Positions 24,862 to 32,298 of a stretch of 32,298 nucleotides of DNA are shown here, in pieces (positions within the stretch are counted from its first letter, which is position 1; every line of letters begins with the position of its first letter). The position numbers and the translations under genes were made by a program. Under the pieces are notes generated by a model, which saw nothing but the letters and a program-made list of their open reading frames with translations, did not search any database and was not told the DNA's origin. Source of the stretch: a virus (lineage: Duplodnaviria > Caudoviricetes); IMG/VR virus record IMGVR_UViG_3300007541_000102, positions 1 through 32,298 of that record; one strand, given 5' to 3'.

Positions 24862-25637
24862 TAGTCAATATCCTTGAGTTCATCCGCTACTTGTGCAATC
24901 TCAGCAAAGTTCTTACCTGAAAGAACATCCATGATCTTCTCTCTGTAAGTACGAGTATCTTCCTTCACCGCACCCTTGACAGGATTGACAACATTCTTGT
25001 CACCCTTGGGATTGTCGCCAGGCCGTTTCGCAGCGGGTTTAGTCGCACGTCCAGCGTCTGTTGCGGTTTGGTGTGTTTCTTCTTCGTCCTTCACATCAAC
25101 GTTCTTCATGTGAAGATCAATAAACTTCTTGGAACTCGGAGACTCTTTATCATCAATCTTCTCAGGTTCCTCTGCATCCTTCTTGGGGTTGGGTTTTGCG
25201 GCTTCTTGAATTGCTGACCACATTGATTCGAAAGATTCACCAATCTTGGAAATCTCGGCAGTCTTCTCGCCATCATTTCCAACGGGTTTCTTTTTCTTCT
25301 TATCGTCTTTCTTATCGTCTTTGCGAGCGTCAATAGCGTCATCGGTAGCGGCACGTCTCTTGTGCAGATACTCATCAGAGCTATCTACGTCACCATCGTT
25401 GTCGATGTCTTTGTCTTTGCGCTTCTTGAAAGGTTTGTCGAGTTCTTTGTTATCCACAGGATCAAGAGCTTCTTTCTTGGCCTCTTCTACATCGTGATAA
25501 CCTTTGTCATCACAATGTTCACAACCTTTGCCTTTGCACTTCGGGCACTCTTCTTTTTCTTCTTTCTTAGCGTGTTTCTTCTCGGAGACTACCGATTGAT
25601 ATGCCTCCATCAGTTTTTTGATGTCTTGAGTTCTCAT
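24861..25637 (-). CDS. Highly charged probable internal head protein with CxxC pair and EF-hand-like loop
   Basis: K/E/D-rich; CPKCKGKGCEHCDDKG; DIDNDGDVDSSD; CGGAG RBS. Confidence 0.75.
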   Translation of the reverse strand: MRTQDIKKLMEAYQSVVSEKKHAKKEEKEECPKCKGKGCEHCDDKGYHDVEEAKKEALDPVDNKELDKPFKKRKDKDIDNDGDVDSSDEYLHKRRAATDDAIDARKDDKKDDKKKKKPVGNDGEKTAEISKIGESFESMWSAIQEAAKPNPKKDAEEPEKIDDKESPSSKKFIDLHMKNVDVKDEEETHQTATDAGRATKPAAKRPGDNPKGDKNVVNPVKGAVKEDTRTYREKIMDVLSGKNFAEIAQVADELKDID

Positions 25638-25648
25638 TGTTGTCTCCG

Positions 25649-25936
25649 TTACATGAACCAGAAAAATTTAATTAATGCGCCAATCAAGGCGGTAACTACA
25701 ACCATTGTAATCCGGTTAACGATTCTAACCGTGTGGCTATTATCCTCAACCTTCTTATCAATATCATCTAACTTTTGAGAGAATCTATTCATTCTTTCAA
25801 AATTAGCATGATTATTCTTTTCTATAGCAATTAACTTCTCTTCCGCACGGGCGAGACTTATCATTGCATCCGATAATTTATCGATCTTATCTTCGATACG
25901 ATCAAGTCTTTGATTTTGAGTCATGTGTTCTGCCAT
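25649..25936 (-). CDS. Coiled-coil protein with C-terminal TM helix
   Basis: RLDRIEDKIDKL heptads and a hydrophobic C-terminus; follows a late promoter. Confidence 0.8.
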   Translation of the reverse strand: MAEHMTQNQRLDRIEDKIDKLSDAMISLARAEEKLIAIEKNNHANFERMNRFSQKLDDIDKKVEDNSHTVRIVNRITMVVVTALIGALIKFFWFM

Positions 25937-25973
25937 TCTTAGGGCGCCCCATTGAAATAAAAGTTACTAGTTC

Positions 25974-25981
25974 TATTTATA
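25974..25981 (-). promoter_or_regulatory. T4-type late promoter TATAAATA
   Basis: Exact match overlapping the stop codon of the 25977-26264 gene, 37 bp upstream of the next start. Confidence 0.8.
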
Positions 25982-26264
25982 ATTCTTTTATTCTCAGAAC
26001 AAGATCACCATCACCTTTTATAATTCGGTGATAGGTCATTTCTGGAACATTAAAAATATCCCCAGTTTTTAATTCAACAGGGTCTTCATTGTCTAGTTGA
26101 AACATCCAACCATCACTGCCCTCGACATAAATCCTACGTGGATTTTTGTCACGATGCCAGATCAGTTCAGAAGGGTCAACTCCTTTTTTAAACAAACGGA
26201 GTTTATCCCCGTTTGCTAAATCGAAATCGTGGTAGGTATTACCAGAAGAAACTTCCGCCACCAC
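25977..26264 (-). CDS. Small cupin-like protein
   Basis: WHRD...R, GW.FQLDN..P and IFNVPEMTYHRIIKG. Confidence 0.75.
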   Translation of the reverse strand: MVAEVSSGNTYHDFDLANGDKLRLFKKGVDPSELIWHRDKNPRRIYVEGSDGWMFQLDNEDPVELKTGDIFNVPEMTYHRIIKGDGDLVLRIKEL

Positions 26265-26751
26265 TCAATCCTAATTGTTTCGCATATCTAGGCAATCTAC
26301 AGGCCCAGTATGCAGCAGTTGTCTTATCGTTCTGTTGAGCGCACTTATGACGTGCAGCAAAACTTTTCCGAGCTTCAGGATCATTTAACTTGACCTTAAG
26401 CCCAGTAGTGTCTCCCCAAGAAACCTTCTTGATGTTTCCATTGGGCGCCTTGACGTACACATAGTACTTCTTAGGGCCACCCGCTTTGGGTTTGTTGAGT
26501 TCGGGTTGTTTACCCTCTTCTTCAAAGATACAATCCAGTGCTACGTTCTGTCCCTCATAGATTCCAAAATTGCCAAGGTCAGACTCCATAATATCCACTT
26601 CAGAAGGATCAACTTCCAATTCACCTTTGTAGTATGCTTCACGAAGGTCTCTCCAATATGCATAGTACATCTCCGACCCAACACGGTAGATATTATTCTC
26701 CACCAACTTGGATTCAGAACCACACTCGCAATGTTCTTTAAATTTCTTCAT
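26239..26751 (-). CDS. Conserved phage hypothetical protein with capsid-targeting-like N-terminus
   Basis: MKKFKEHCE start; C-terminal domain NKPK.GG.KKYYVYVK...GD...ARKSFAARHKC...YWAC. Confidence 0.8.
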   Translation of the reverse strand: MKKFKEHCECGSESKLVENNIYRVGSEMYYAYWRDLREAYYKGELEVDPSEVDIMESDLGNFGIYEGQNVALDCIFEEEGKQPELNKPKAGGPKKYYVYVKAPNGNIKKVSWGDTTGLKVKLNDPEARKSFAARHKCAQQNDKTTAAYWACRLPRYAKQLGLSGGGSFFW

Positions 26752-26753
26752 TC

Positions 26754-27254
26754 TTAACTCACGTACATGTTGAGTTCGTACTTACCACTGTCCATACCAT
26801 AGACTTGCATCTGAAGTCTCTGCTTGGTGGGCTTACCACCTTTGGTCAGTTCGATATTATACGAGTTGGTTTTACCCTTCGAAGGTTTACGAGGGCCCGA
26901 TGCAACTTTACGAAACCACTCATCGTCATCGATTTCGTAGCCTTTCTTTTCTACTTCTCTCTTTGCGTACTGCACAGCGGTAGAGAAGTCTTTATGATAG
27001 ACTTCGTAGTTTGCACCACTCTTTCTCGCTTCGTTCATCTCCAAGTCAGTCTTGGTGAACATTGCAGATTGCCCGTTAGCAAACTTAACCATTACTGAAC
27101 GACCACCGAGCCCGTGAGGAACGATGACACCAGACTTACCAAGGAGTTTTCGATCTACGACTTTCTTCGCATCGTCTTTGACACGAACAAGGTCGCCTAG
27201 ACCAAAACTCTTTGCTTCTTGAAGTGATTCTCTTAGTTCGAAAAAATCTTTCAT
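26754..27254 (-). CDS. Hypothetical protein with KOW/SH3-like domain and capsid-targeting-like N-terminus
   Basis: Probable start MKDFFELRE (ATGA overlap at 27251-27254); FGLGDLVRVK...GKSGVI...VMVKF; second domain after MNE. Confidence 0.75.
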   Translation of the reverse strand: MKDFFELRESLQEAKSFGLGDLVRVKDDAKKVVDRKLLGKSGVIVPHGLGGRSVMVKFANGQSAMFTKTDLEMNEARKSGANYEVYHKDFSTAVQYAKREVEKKGYEIDDDEWFRKVASGPRKPSKGKTNSYNIELTKGGKPTKQRLQMQVYGMDSGKYELNMYVS

Positions 27255-27448
27255 CGTTTCATCACCTTCCAAGCGATATTAGCTAGGGTTGCAATTTTTG
27301 CATTGTCCATCTTCGCCTTGTTTGCGTCATTGACTTTATCGTAAATCTGTACGATTGCAGATGCAGTGAACAGGTCAACCATAACGCCGTCAATCTTTGC
27401 AGCGCTTTTGTCCTGAACAATCTTTCTGACTTTATCCATCGTGGACAT
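27251..27448 (-). CDS. Small hypothetical protein
   Basis: 65 aa, VDLFTASAI..IYDKVN..NK, TAATG coupling. Confidence 0.75.
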   Translation of the reverse strand: MSTMDKVRKIVQDKSAAKIDGVMVDLFTASAIVQIYDKVNDANKAKMDNAKIATLANIAWKVMKR

Positions 27449-28305
27449 TACTTGATCCTCACTGCCTGTTTCAGACCATTAAGGGACGCACCAGCCATAT
27501 CCTGAAACTTCTTCTTGTCCATAGGTTTCTGGATACTGTTAAACTTGGCGACAAGTTGTTTTGCCATCTGTTGAGTCAACTTGGTTTTCTTACCATCCTT
27601 GAACTCAATTGTACCGCCTTTGGGGAGGTCAGCAACACTACGAATCTGCATCACGATGTTCTTGTCAGCTGCCTTACGGTCATCATCGGTTGCCTTGATA
27701 TCATCATCGTCATCCTTTCTTTGAAAGTCTTTGTCTCTAGACATATCTCTGTAGGCTAAACCCTTTGCGGATTCTTCAACTGCTTCAAACAGTTTACGAA
27801 TCTCTGCGCCGGGAACATAGTCAGGCAGCATCTTCTCAAGATCATCGGCAGAAACATCTTTCATCTTAGCAACCTTGGGAGCAAACGCCTTCATGGTCTT
27901 GCTCTTCATCATCTTAGCAGCGATATCTTTACCTGCAGCTTCAGCAACCCGCTTAGCAGTCGCAGTAGCGATGGCCATTTTCTTGTCCATCGGCATATTG
28001 GGGTTATCTTTCTCCATCGCCTTGGCGATCTGTTCCCTCTTCTTTTTCTCAGCGGGAGTGAGGGTCTTCTCTTCTTTTTTCAGTTCAAACCCTGTTTTTT
28101 TCTGGAGGTTTTTATAATCAACCTTACCGTCCTTTTTATTTTTAGGATCGTTTCTATAACCCCTAACCATATCTGCTGCCGAACGGCGTAGTGCAGATGT
28201 ATGGGGGTGTGGTTTTGAACCAGGCTTATCTTTTCCTGTGGGGTGAGTGCCAAAAGTATCCTTAACTCTAAGAGCCTTCTCACGCAATTGTTTAATAGTT
28301 TTCAT
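27448..28305 (-). CDS. Lys/Ala-rich probable internal head protein
   Basis: MKTIKQLRE start; modules separated by xxE motifs; KMAIATATAK segment. Confidence 0.75.
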   Translation of the reverse strand: MKTIKQLREKALRVKDTFGTHPTGKDKPGSKPHPHTSALRRSAADMVRGYRNDPKNKKDGKVDYKNLQKKTGFELKKEEKTLTPAEKKKREQIAKAMEKDNPNMPMDKKMAIATATAKRVAEAAGKDIAAKMMKSKTMKAFAPKVAKMKDVSADDLEKMLPDYVPGAEIRKLFEAVEESAKGLAYRDMSRDKDFQRKDDDDDIKATDDDRKAADKNIVMQIRSVADLPKGGTIEFKDGKKTKLTQQMAKQLVAKFNSIQKPMDKKKFQDMAGASLNGLKQAVRIK

Positions 28306-28551
28306 TTATGCTAAATCCTTGTCGTGGTTTAGGTTACCTTTTTTCTTTTTAACAATAAAGGCATTGACTCGTGCCATACCCCATTGTTGTGGTGTGGTGC
28401 CAGGACGGTGACCAGTCTTCCAAGCGGCAACCCCACGATTATATACCTTACGAAGTGTATCAGGTGAGATACCAGACTTCTTCGCCTTCGCAGCGATACC
28501 ATCCGGCCCTTCCTTAATATCTAATTCATCCCAGAGAGCATATCTTTTCAT
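28306..28551 (-). CDS. Conserved viral hypothetical protein (DUF5824-like C-terminal half)
   Basis: KAKKSG....LRKVYNRG.AAW.TGHRPG.T.QQW..ARVN.F. The DUF name is recalled, not searched. Confidence 0.7.
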   Translation of the reverse strand: MKRYALWDELDIKEGPDGIAAKAKKSGISPDTLRKVYNRGVAAWKTGHRPGTTPQQWGMARVNAFIVKKKKGNLNHDKDLA

Positions 28552-30365
28552 CGTGTTGACCTATTCTGAGAACTTGTTCTATTAGTACGTGCAATATTCG
28601 CACGGCGTGTACGGGCGCTACGGGCCCGATCTAACATGCGATCAAACTTCTTACGATCACTCTCACGTTCTTTGCTGATCTGATCTTTTGCAACATCTAC
28701 AGGATCGGTTGCTTCTGATCTCATCAGTTTGGCCAAAGTTCTTGGATCAATATTAAAACCCGTGGAACGTTTAACAGCATCAGCATAGTATTCGATACCA
28801 TGACGATCTGAACCACCACGTTCCTTTCTCTTTCTATCCATGATGTCTTTTACTAACTTCCTAGCAGCATCATAGTGTTTCTTCTGCCAAGTCTTAGGCC
28901 CGATTTTATTTACAATAAAGGATGTCAAATCTTCCTCCGTTAATTCGAAAGACTCTTCTAGAGATTCATATCTTACCACAGGAGATGTTGTTTTGAAATC
29001 CTTCTTACGCATAATGGTCTTATTCACAACTTCGAATTCATCATTCTTGAAGTTGACAACCACAGGTAAATTTAAATCAGATTGAATGTCCTTGAGTACG
29101 GCTTCACCGTTCTTGTGTTTCTTGATGTTCTGACCCTTTTCTCTCGCAATCTTCTTGAACAACCTTTGAATCTCCGATACAGAGATAGCCGGTTTGTTGC
29201 GAGCGTCATTCATACGGTCAGCAAAATGACGTGTGAATTCAATGTCAATATCAAACTTTGAGAGGAGTCTGTCGCCAAACTTCTCAAGGTCTTGAATCTG
29301 TTTTTGAGTTACTTCCTCATACATGTCCTTGAAGGCCTTAGTGTACTTGGAAGGTTTGGTCTCGGCATCCTTATCGCCAGGAGCGGGTTTGTATGCAGAT
29401 GCATCGTCATCGGCTTTCTTACCGTGTTTCTTGAAGTGTGCATCTCTCTTATCTTTGGTATCTTTGGCCAGACCCGCATGATAACGAGCGGGTTGTGTAC
29501 CCTTCTTGTCATCGATATCTTTATCTTGGGGAGTGGTGGTTTTCTCAACCAGTTCCACAGCGTCTAACCACATACGTTTGCGGTCACCATTAGACATTTC
29601 TACTATGACATAGTTGGCGCCTAATAGTGACACTATTGCGACATCATTTGTCTCTTTTACGACAACTGTGTCACCAATACCGTACAGTTTCCCATGTACG
29701 TACTGTTCTCTTGTTTCAGAAACAGGAGCGAGTTCAATGTGATTCTTGAAGGAACGCTCTTCAGAGAGACCCATACCCTTACGGACATCATTGAAGAGTT
29801 TACGAGCATCCTGATTGGACATAGACTTGGGAACGCCTTGTGCAAAAGTCACAAAGTCATTCTTCGATGCATTCTCACGTTGTTTCGATGCAGACATACC
29901 TTCTACACCTTCCGCATCGGGATCACGTTCACCAGCAGATACTACGTTGATTTTTTCGAAGTTATAGAACCCGTGACGAGCCTTAACTCCGTTGTATTTG
30001 TTTAAAAGAACTTCGAACTCACGTAAACGATCTGCTCCAACCACCATCGTGATTTTCTTGTAACCCTGATCATAGAGTCGAGAGGCAACATCAAATACGT
30101 TCCGGACGTTCTTGTCGATCATCACGTTACGTGCATGTTTTGGAAACATCTTACGAACGTGTTTAACCTTATCGGAATATGAGAGGGGGTCTTTCTTAGG
30201 GTTGGAAACCTGAGACAGATAAACCTTATAGTCCGCCTTACCAGATTTGGTGGCGAGAGTGTCCATCACTTTCCCGTGACCAATAGTAGGAGGGTTCATT
30301 CTACCAAAGGTAAAATAAACTTCACGTTCCTCTTCTACGAGGTATTGAGAAAAATTCTTAATCAT
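28548..30365 (-). CDS. Multidomain protein: HxGH cytidylyl/nucleotidyltransferase plus additional C-terminal modules
   Basis: FTFGRMNPPTIGH, VVGADR and SAGERDPDAEGV.GMSASK (KMSKS-like). Then an SH3-like segment, AYKPAPGD..TKPSKYT and FTRHFADRMND.RN...KTIMRK. Confidence 0.85.
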   Translation of the reverse strand: MIKNFSQYLVEEEREVYFTFGRMNPPTIGHGKVMDTLATKSGKADYKVYLSQVSNPKKDPLSYSDKVKHVRKMFPKHARNVMIDKNVRNVFDVASRLYDQGYKKITMVVGADRLREFEVLLNKYNGVKARHGFYNFEKINVVSAGERDPDAEGVEGMSASKQRENASKNDFVTFAQGVPKSMSNQDARKLFNDVRKGMGLSEERSFKNHIELAPVSETREQYVHGKLYGIGDTVVVKETNDVAIVSLLGANYVIVEMSNGDRKRMWLDAVELVEKTTTPQDKDIDDKKGTQPARYHAGLAKDTKDKRDAHFKKHGKKADDDASAYKPAPGDKDAETKPSKYTKAFKDMYEEVTQKQIQDLEKFGDRLLSKFDIDIEFTRHFADRMNDARNKPAISVSEIQRLFKKIAREKGQNIKKHKNGEAVLKDIQSDLNLPVVVNFKNDEFEVVNKTIMRKKDFKTTSPVVRYESLEESFELTEEDLTSFIVNKIGPKTWQKKHYDAARKLVKDIMDRKRKERGGSDRHGIEYYADAVKRSTGFNIDPRTLAKLMRSEATDPVDVAKDQISKERESDRKKFDRMLDRARSARTRRANIARTNRTSSQNRSTR

Positions 30366-30816
30366 CTTTATCCTGTCCCGAAGCGCCCCGTTTTCTAGCG
30401 AGTTCTGCCTTTCTAACTACAGGCAACAACTTGCGGGCAAGTTTATCAATTTTGGGTTTCATCTTATCTAGACGTTTCTCAATCTCCTGCCTACGGGCAA
30501 ATGTGAGTTCGTCTTTAGGAATACCCTTAGTGATTTTCTTCATGAACGTGTTTCTCGCCTGTTTGCGAGCACGTCTCATCAGGACTTCTTGATTAGCAAC
30601 TTTACGGGCAGCACGCTTCCGACCCATGGCGATCTTCGCCTTGTTCTTTTTGAGATTACGTGCCATTTTTCTACGGGTCTGAATATCAACAGCTTCACCC
30701 GTGTTGCCTGTGGGAATATCCTTGCGGCGCTTCTGCGCTTGGTACGCAAGTTCATCGTCTCCAGACATGGTGGTATCCGTATTTACAAAATCTTTAAATC
30801 TTAATGGCTTTGCCAT
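30358..30816 (-). CDS. Very basic (Arg/Lys-rich) hypothetical protein
   Basis: Probable start MAKPLRFKDF (30816, GAGGA RBS); the ORF track extends to 30897. Confidence 0.75.
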   Translation of the reverse strand: MAKPLRFKDFVNTDTTMSGDDELAYQAQKRRKDIPTGNTGEAVDIQTRRKMARNLKKNKAKIAMGRKRAARKVANQEVLMRRARKQARNTFMKKITKGIPKDELTFARRQEIEKRLDKMKPKIDKLARKLLPVVRKAELARKRGASGQDKDD

Positions 30817-30820
30817 TTCA

Positions 30821-32044
30821 TCAATTCCTCGTTGGTTTATCCCATCCCTTAATAACATCCGGTGAAAAGTTGTTGTATGAAAACTCCATACGGTCAACCA
30901 ATTTCACTGCATCACCACCAAGCTGATCAATCGCCACGTACCCTTCCTCTCCAGTTACCTTGTAACCTTTTTTGGTTTGTACGAAAGTGTCGATCTGTTT
31001 CAGTCTATCAAGTTTATTTATAAGTTTTAGTTTCGCTAAAACTATAACTTTTTGCAATTCAAACATATTAATCAGAGAAGCTTTATTAGTAGGAGAGAAG
31101 AATTTAAGAATCTCATCACGGGCCGCAACCTGAGTGGCCTTTCCTTTTTCACTACTTCTCTTATCAATCTCTTTCTGATACTTCTGGTTAATCCACTTGA
31201 TTAGACCCGCTGTGTGTTTCTTAGTGTCACCGATAACAGCACCTTGTCGAACAAAGGTGTTGTTGTACTGTTCAATCAATCGTGCAAGGTCTTGGTTCGC
31301 TTCCAGTTCACGGAGAGTCGTACCAGCAATCTTGTTGAACAGGAACCCAGCCTGAGACAAGTAACCATTTACTTCCTCAGTGTCTTTTGCACTCATGGTT
31401 GCATTAGTAAGGTCACGCAACATAGCGTCCTGAGACCACACATTATTGGATTTCTTAAATTTAGAAACATTAACACCATACGATGCTTTCATAGACTCAA
31501 AGTCGTTTCCAGAATAAGTTGTGTGCCAAACAATACCGATCTTCGCTTTCCTAATCGGTGCTGCCTGATCTACGGGGACTGCATAGACAATAGTGTTAGG
31601 ATGGAAGATGACATATTTCACTCCATCGATTGACTTTGTTGTTAAATCGCCAGGCCCAAACAGGAAGTCCCCCTGAATGACACCCTTGATACCAAGTTCT
31701 GGAAGATATCGAAGAGCAGCCTTCATCTTGTCTGCGAGGTCACCCGACATGTCGGCATCGATCTCCGCATTTGTCTTATACACCTTGGGGTTCTTTGCAA
31801 AAATACCTTTCTTTGCAACAAAGAACTTACCGTCACGGGGGTCTTGACCACAGAAGATGGCGGGAGCGCCATCCCACTTCACAGAGATATTCCCGTCCTT
31901 CTTACCAGCCAACATGTCACGCATATCACGCAACGCAAAGATTGCCTGGCGAGTTCCAGTCACACCGCCATAGAGAACACGATCCTCAATATGGGTCATG
32001 TGGGTGTTTTTCTGTTCGGCAATAAACTCTGAAAAATTTTCCAT
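30821..32044 (-). CDS. Conserved T4-like protein (DUF6267-like) with ligase-type nucleotidyltransferase motifs
   Basis: NTHMTHIED, KWDG, IQGD, EGYV and VKLVDR; N-terminus MENFSEFIAE. The DUF name is recalled, not searched. Confidence 0.75.
   Translation of the reverse strand: MENFSEFIAEQKNTHMTHIEDRVLYGGVTGTRQAIFALRDMRDMLAGKKDGNISVKWDGAPAIFCGQDPRDGKFFVAKKGIFAKNPKVYKTNAEIDADMSGDLADKMKAALRYLPELGIKGVIQGDFLFGPGDLTTKSIDGVKYVIFHPNTIVYAVPVDQAAPIRKAKIGIVWHTTYSGNDFESMKASYGVNVSKFKKSNNVWSQDAMLRDLTNATMSAKDTEEVNGYLSQAGFLFNKIAGTTLRELEANQDLARLIEQYNNTFVRQGAVIGDTKKHTAGLIKWINQKYQKEIDKRSSEKGKATQVAARDEILKFFSPTNKASLINMFELQKVIVLAKLKLINKLDRLKQIDTFVQTKKGYKVTGEEGYVAIDQLGGDAVKLVDRMEFSYNNFSPDVIKGWDKPTRN
31015..31022 (-). 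promoter_or_regulatory. T4-type late promoter TATAAATA inside the 3' part of the 407 aa gene
   Basis: Exact match encoded within LINK, about 200 bp upstream of the 30816 start. Confidence 0.55.
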
Positions 32045-32298
32045 TAGTTAAACTCTCTGTATGATTTTTCCCACAACAGAAGATCGTCTTCGAACCATGA
32101 CATTATCTCCTGTTGTCTCTCTTTTGTCAAGAGAATTTTTTGATTCTCTTTGTTGTTTTTAAAATGTTTCGGTTTGATGTACTCAACGCCCTTCTCTTTG
32201 GCAAATCTTTCCAACCACTCATAGGTGTTCTCAACGTTGAACAGAGTTGCACCTTCCGGAACAAAGTAGTTCTGAGGGACTTTAAACAAAGCGTCCCA
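32044..32298 (-). CDS. C-terminal fragment of a probable sulfotransferase family 2-like protein (5'-truncated by window)
   Basis: Frame is open to the window end; PQ..F...F..E...H...I...FEDD..LW resembles Sulfotransfer_2 C-termini. Confidence 0.5.
   Translation of the reverse strand, partial: WDALFKVPQNYFVPEGATLFNVENTYEWLERFAKEKGVEYIKPKHFKNNKENQKILLTKERQQEIMSWFEDDLLLWEKSYREFN

Noticed and set aside
2166-29845. Short minus-strand ORFs nested out of frame in real genes (e.g. 5380-5637, 13680-14024, 21568-21963, 22426-22776)
   Set aside because: Alternative-frame shadows with no motif support.
492-32032. All + strand ORFs in the track (e.g. 8112-8531, 16883-17368, 25362-25778, 31214-31633)
   Set aside because: They lie antisense to well-supported minus-strand genes, show no recognisable motifs, and the window is uniformly minus-strand coding.
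1-32298. tRNA genes, CRISPR arrays, IS elements, clear rho-independent terminators, stop-codon reassignment
   Set aside because: Intergenic gaps are short, and I saw no cloverleaf, repeat-spacer array, transposase or strong hairpin plus U-tract. Genes tile cleanly with the standard code.

Overview
Fragment of a large T4-like (Tevenvirinae-related, probably aquatic or marine) myophage genome. Essentially all real genes are on the minus strand and tightly packed; the + strand ORFs look like shadows. In transcription order (right to left) there are four blocks. (1) About 32.3-23.3 kb is a late block of probable internal head proteins. Many start with T4 capsid-targeting-like propeptides (e.g. 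MENFSEFIAE), and the block includes a KxDG ligase-like nucleotidyltransferase and a multidomain HxGH nucleotidyltransferase. (2) About 23.2-18.1 kb holds nrdA with an inserted glutaredoxin domain, nrdB, a Zn-ribbon protein, a GIY-YIG protein and a miniaturised ANL adenylation enzyme. (3) About 18.0-13.5 kb holds small early ORFs behind sigma70-type promoters, a candidate structured RNA with an extended 16S-3'-end complement, phoH and an M15A endolysin. (4) About 13.5-0.5 kb is a biosynthetic/tailoring island: three glycosyltransferases, a carbamoyltransferase, a radical SAM/twitch enzyme, cupins, a di-iron ferritin-like enzyme, a Cj1417-like amidotransferase/hydrolase, several sulfotransferase-fold proteins and two methyltransferases, much of it behind T4 late promoters (TATAAATA). 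I saw no tRNA, rRNA, CRISPR array or mobile element. All family assignments come from motifs recognised by eye and need HMM or structure confirmation.
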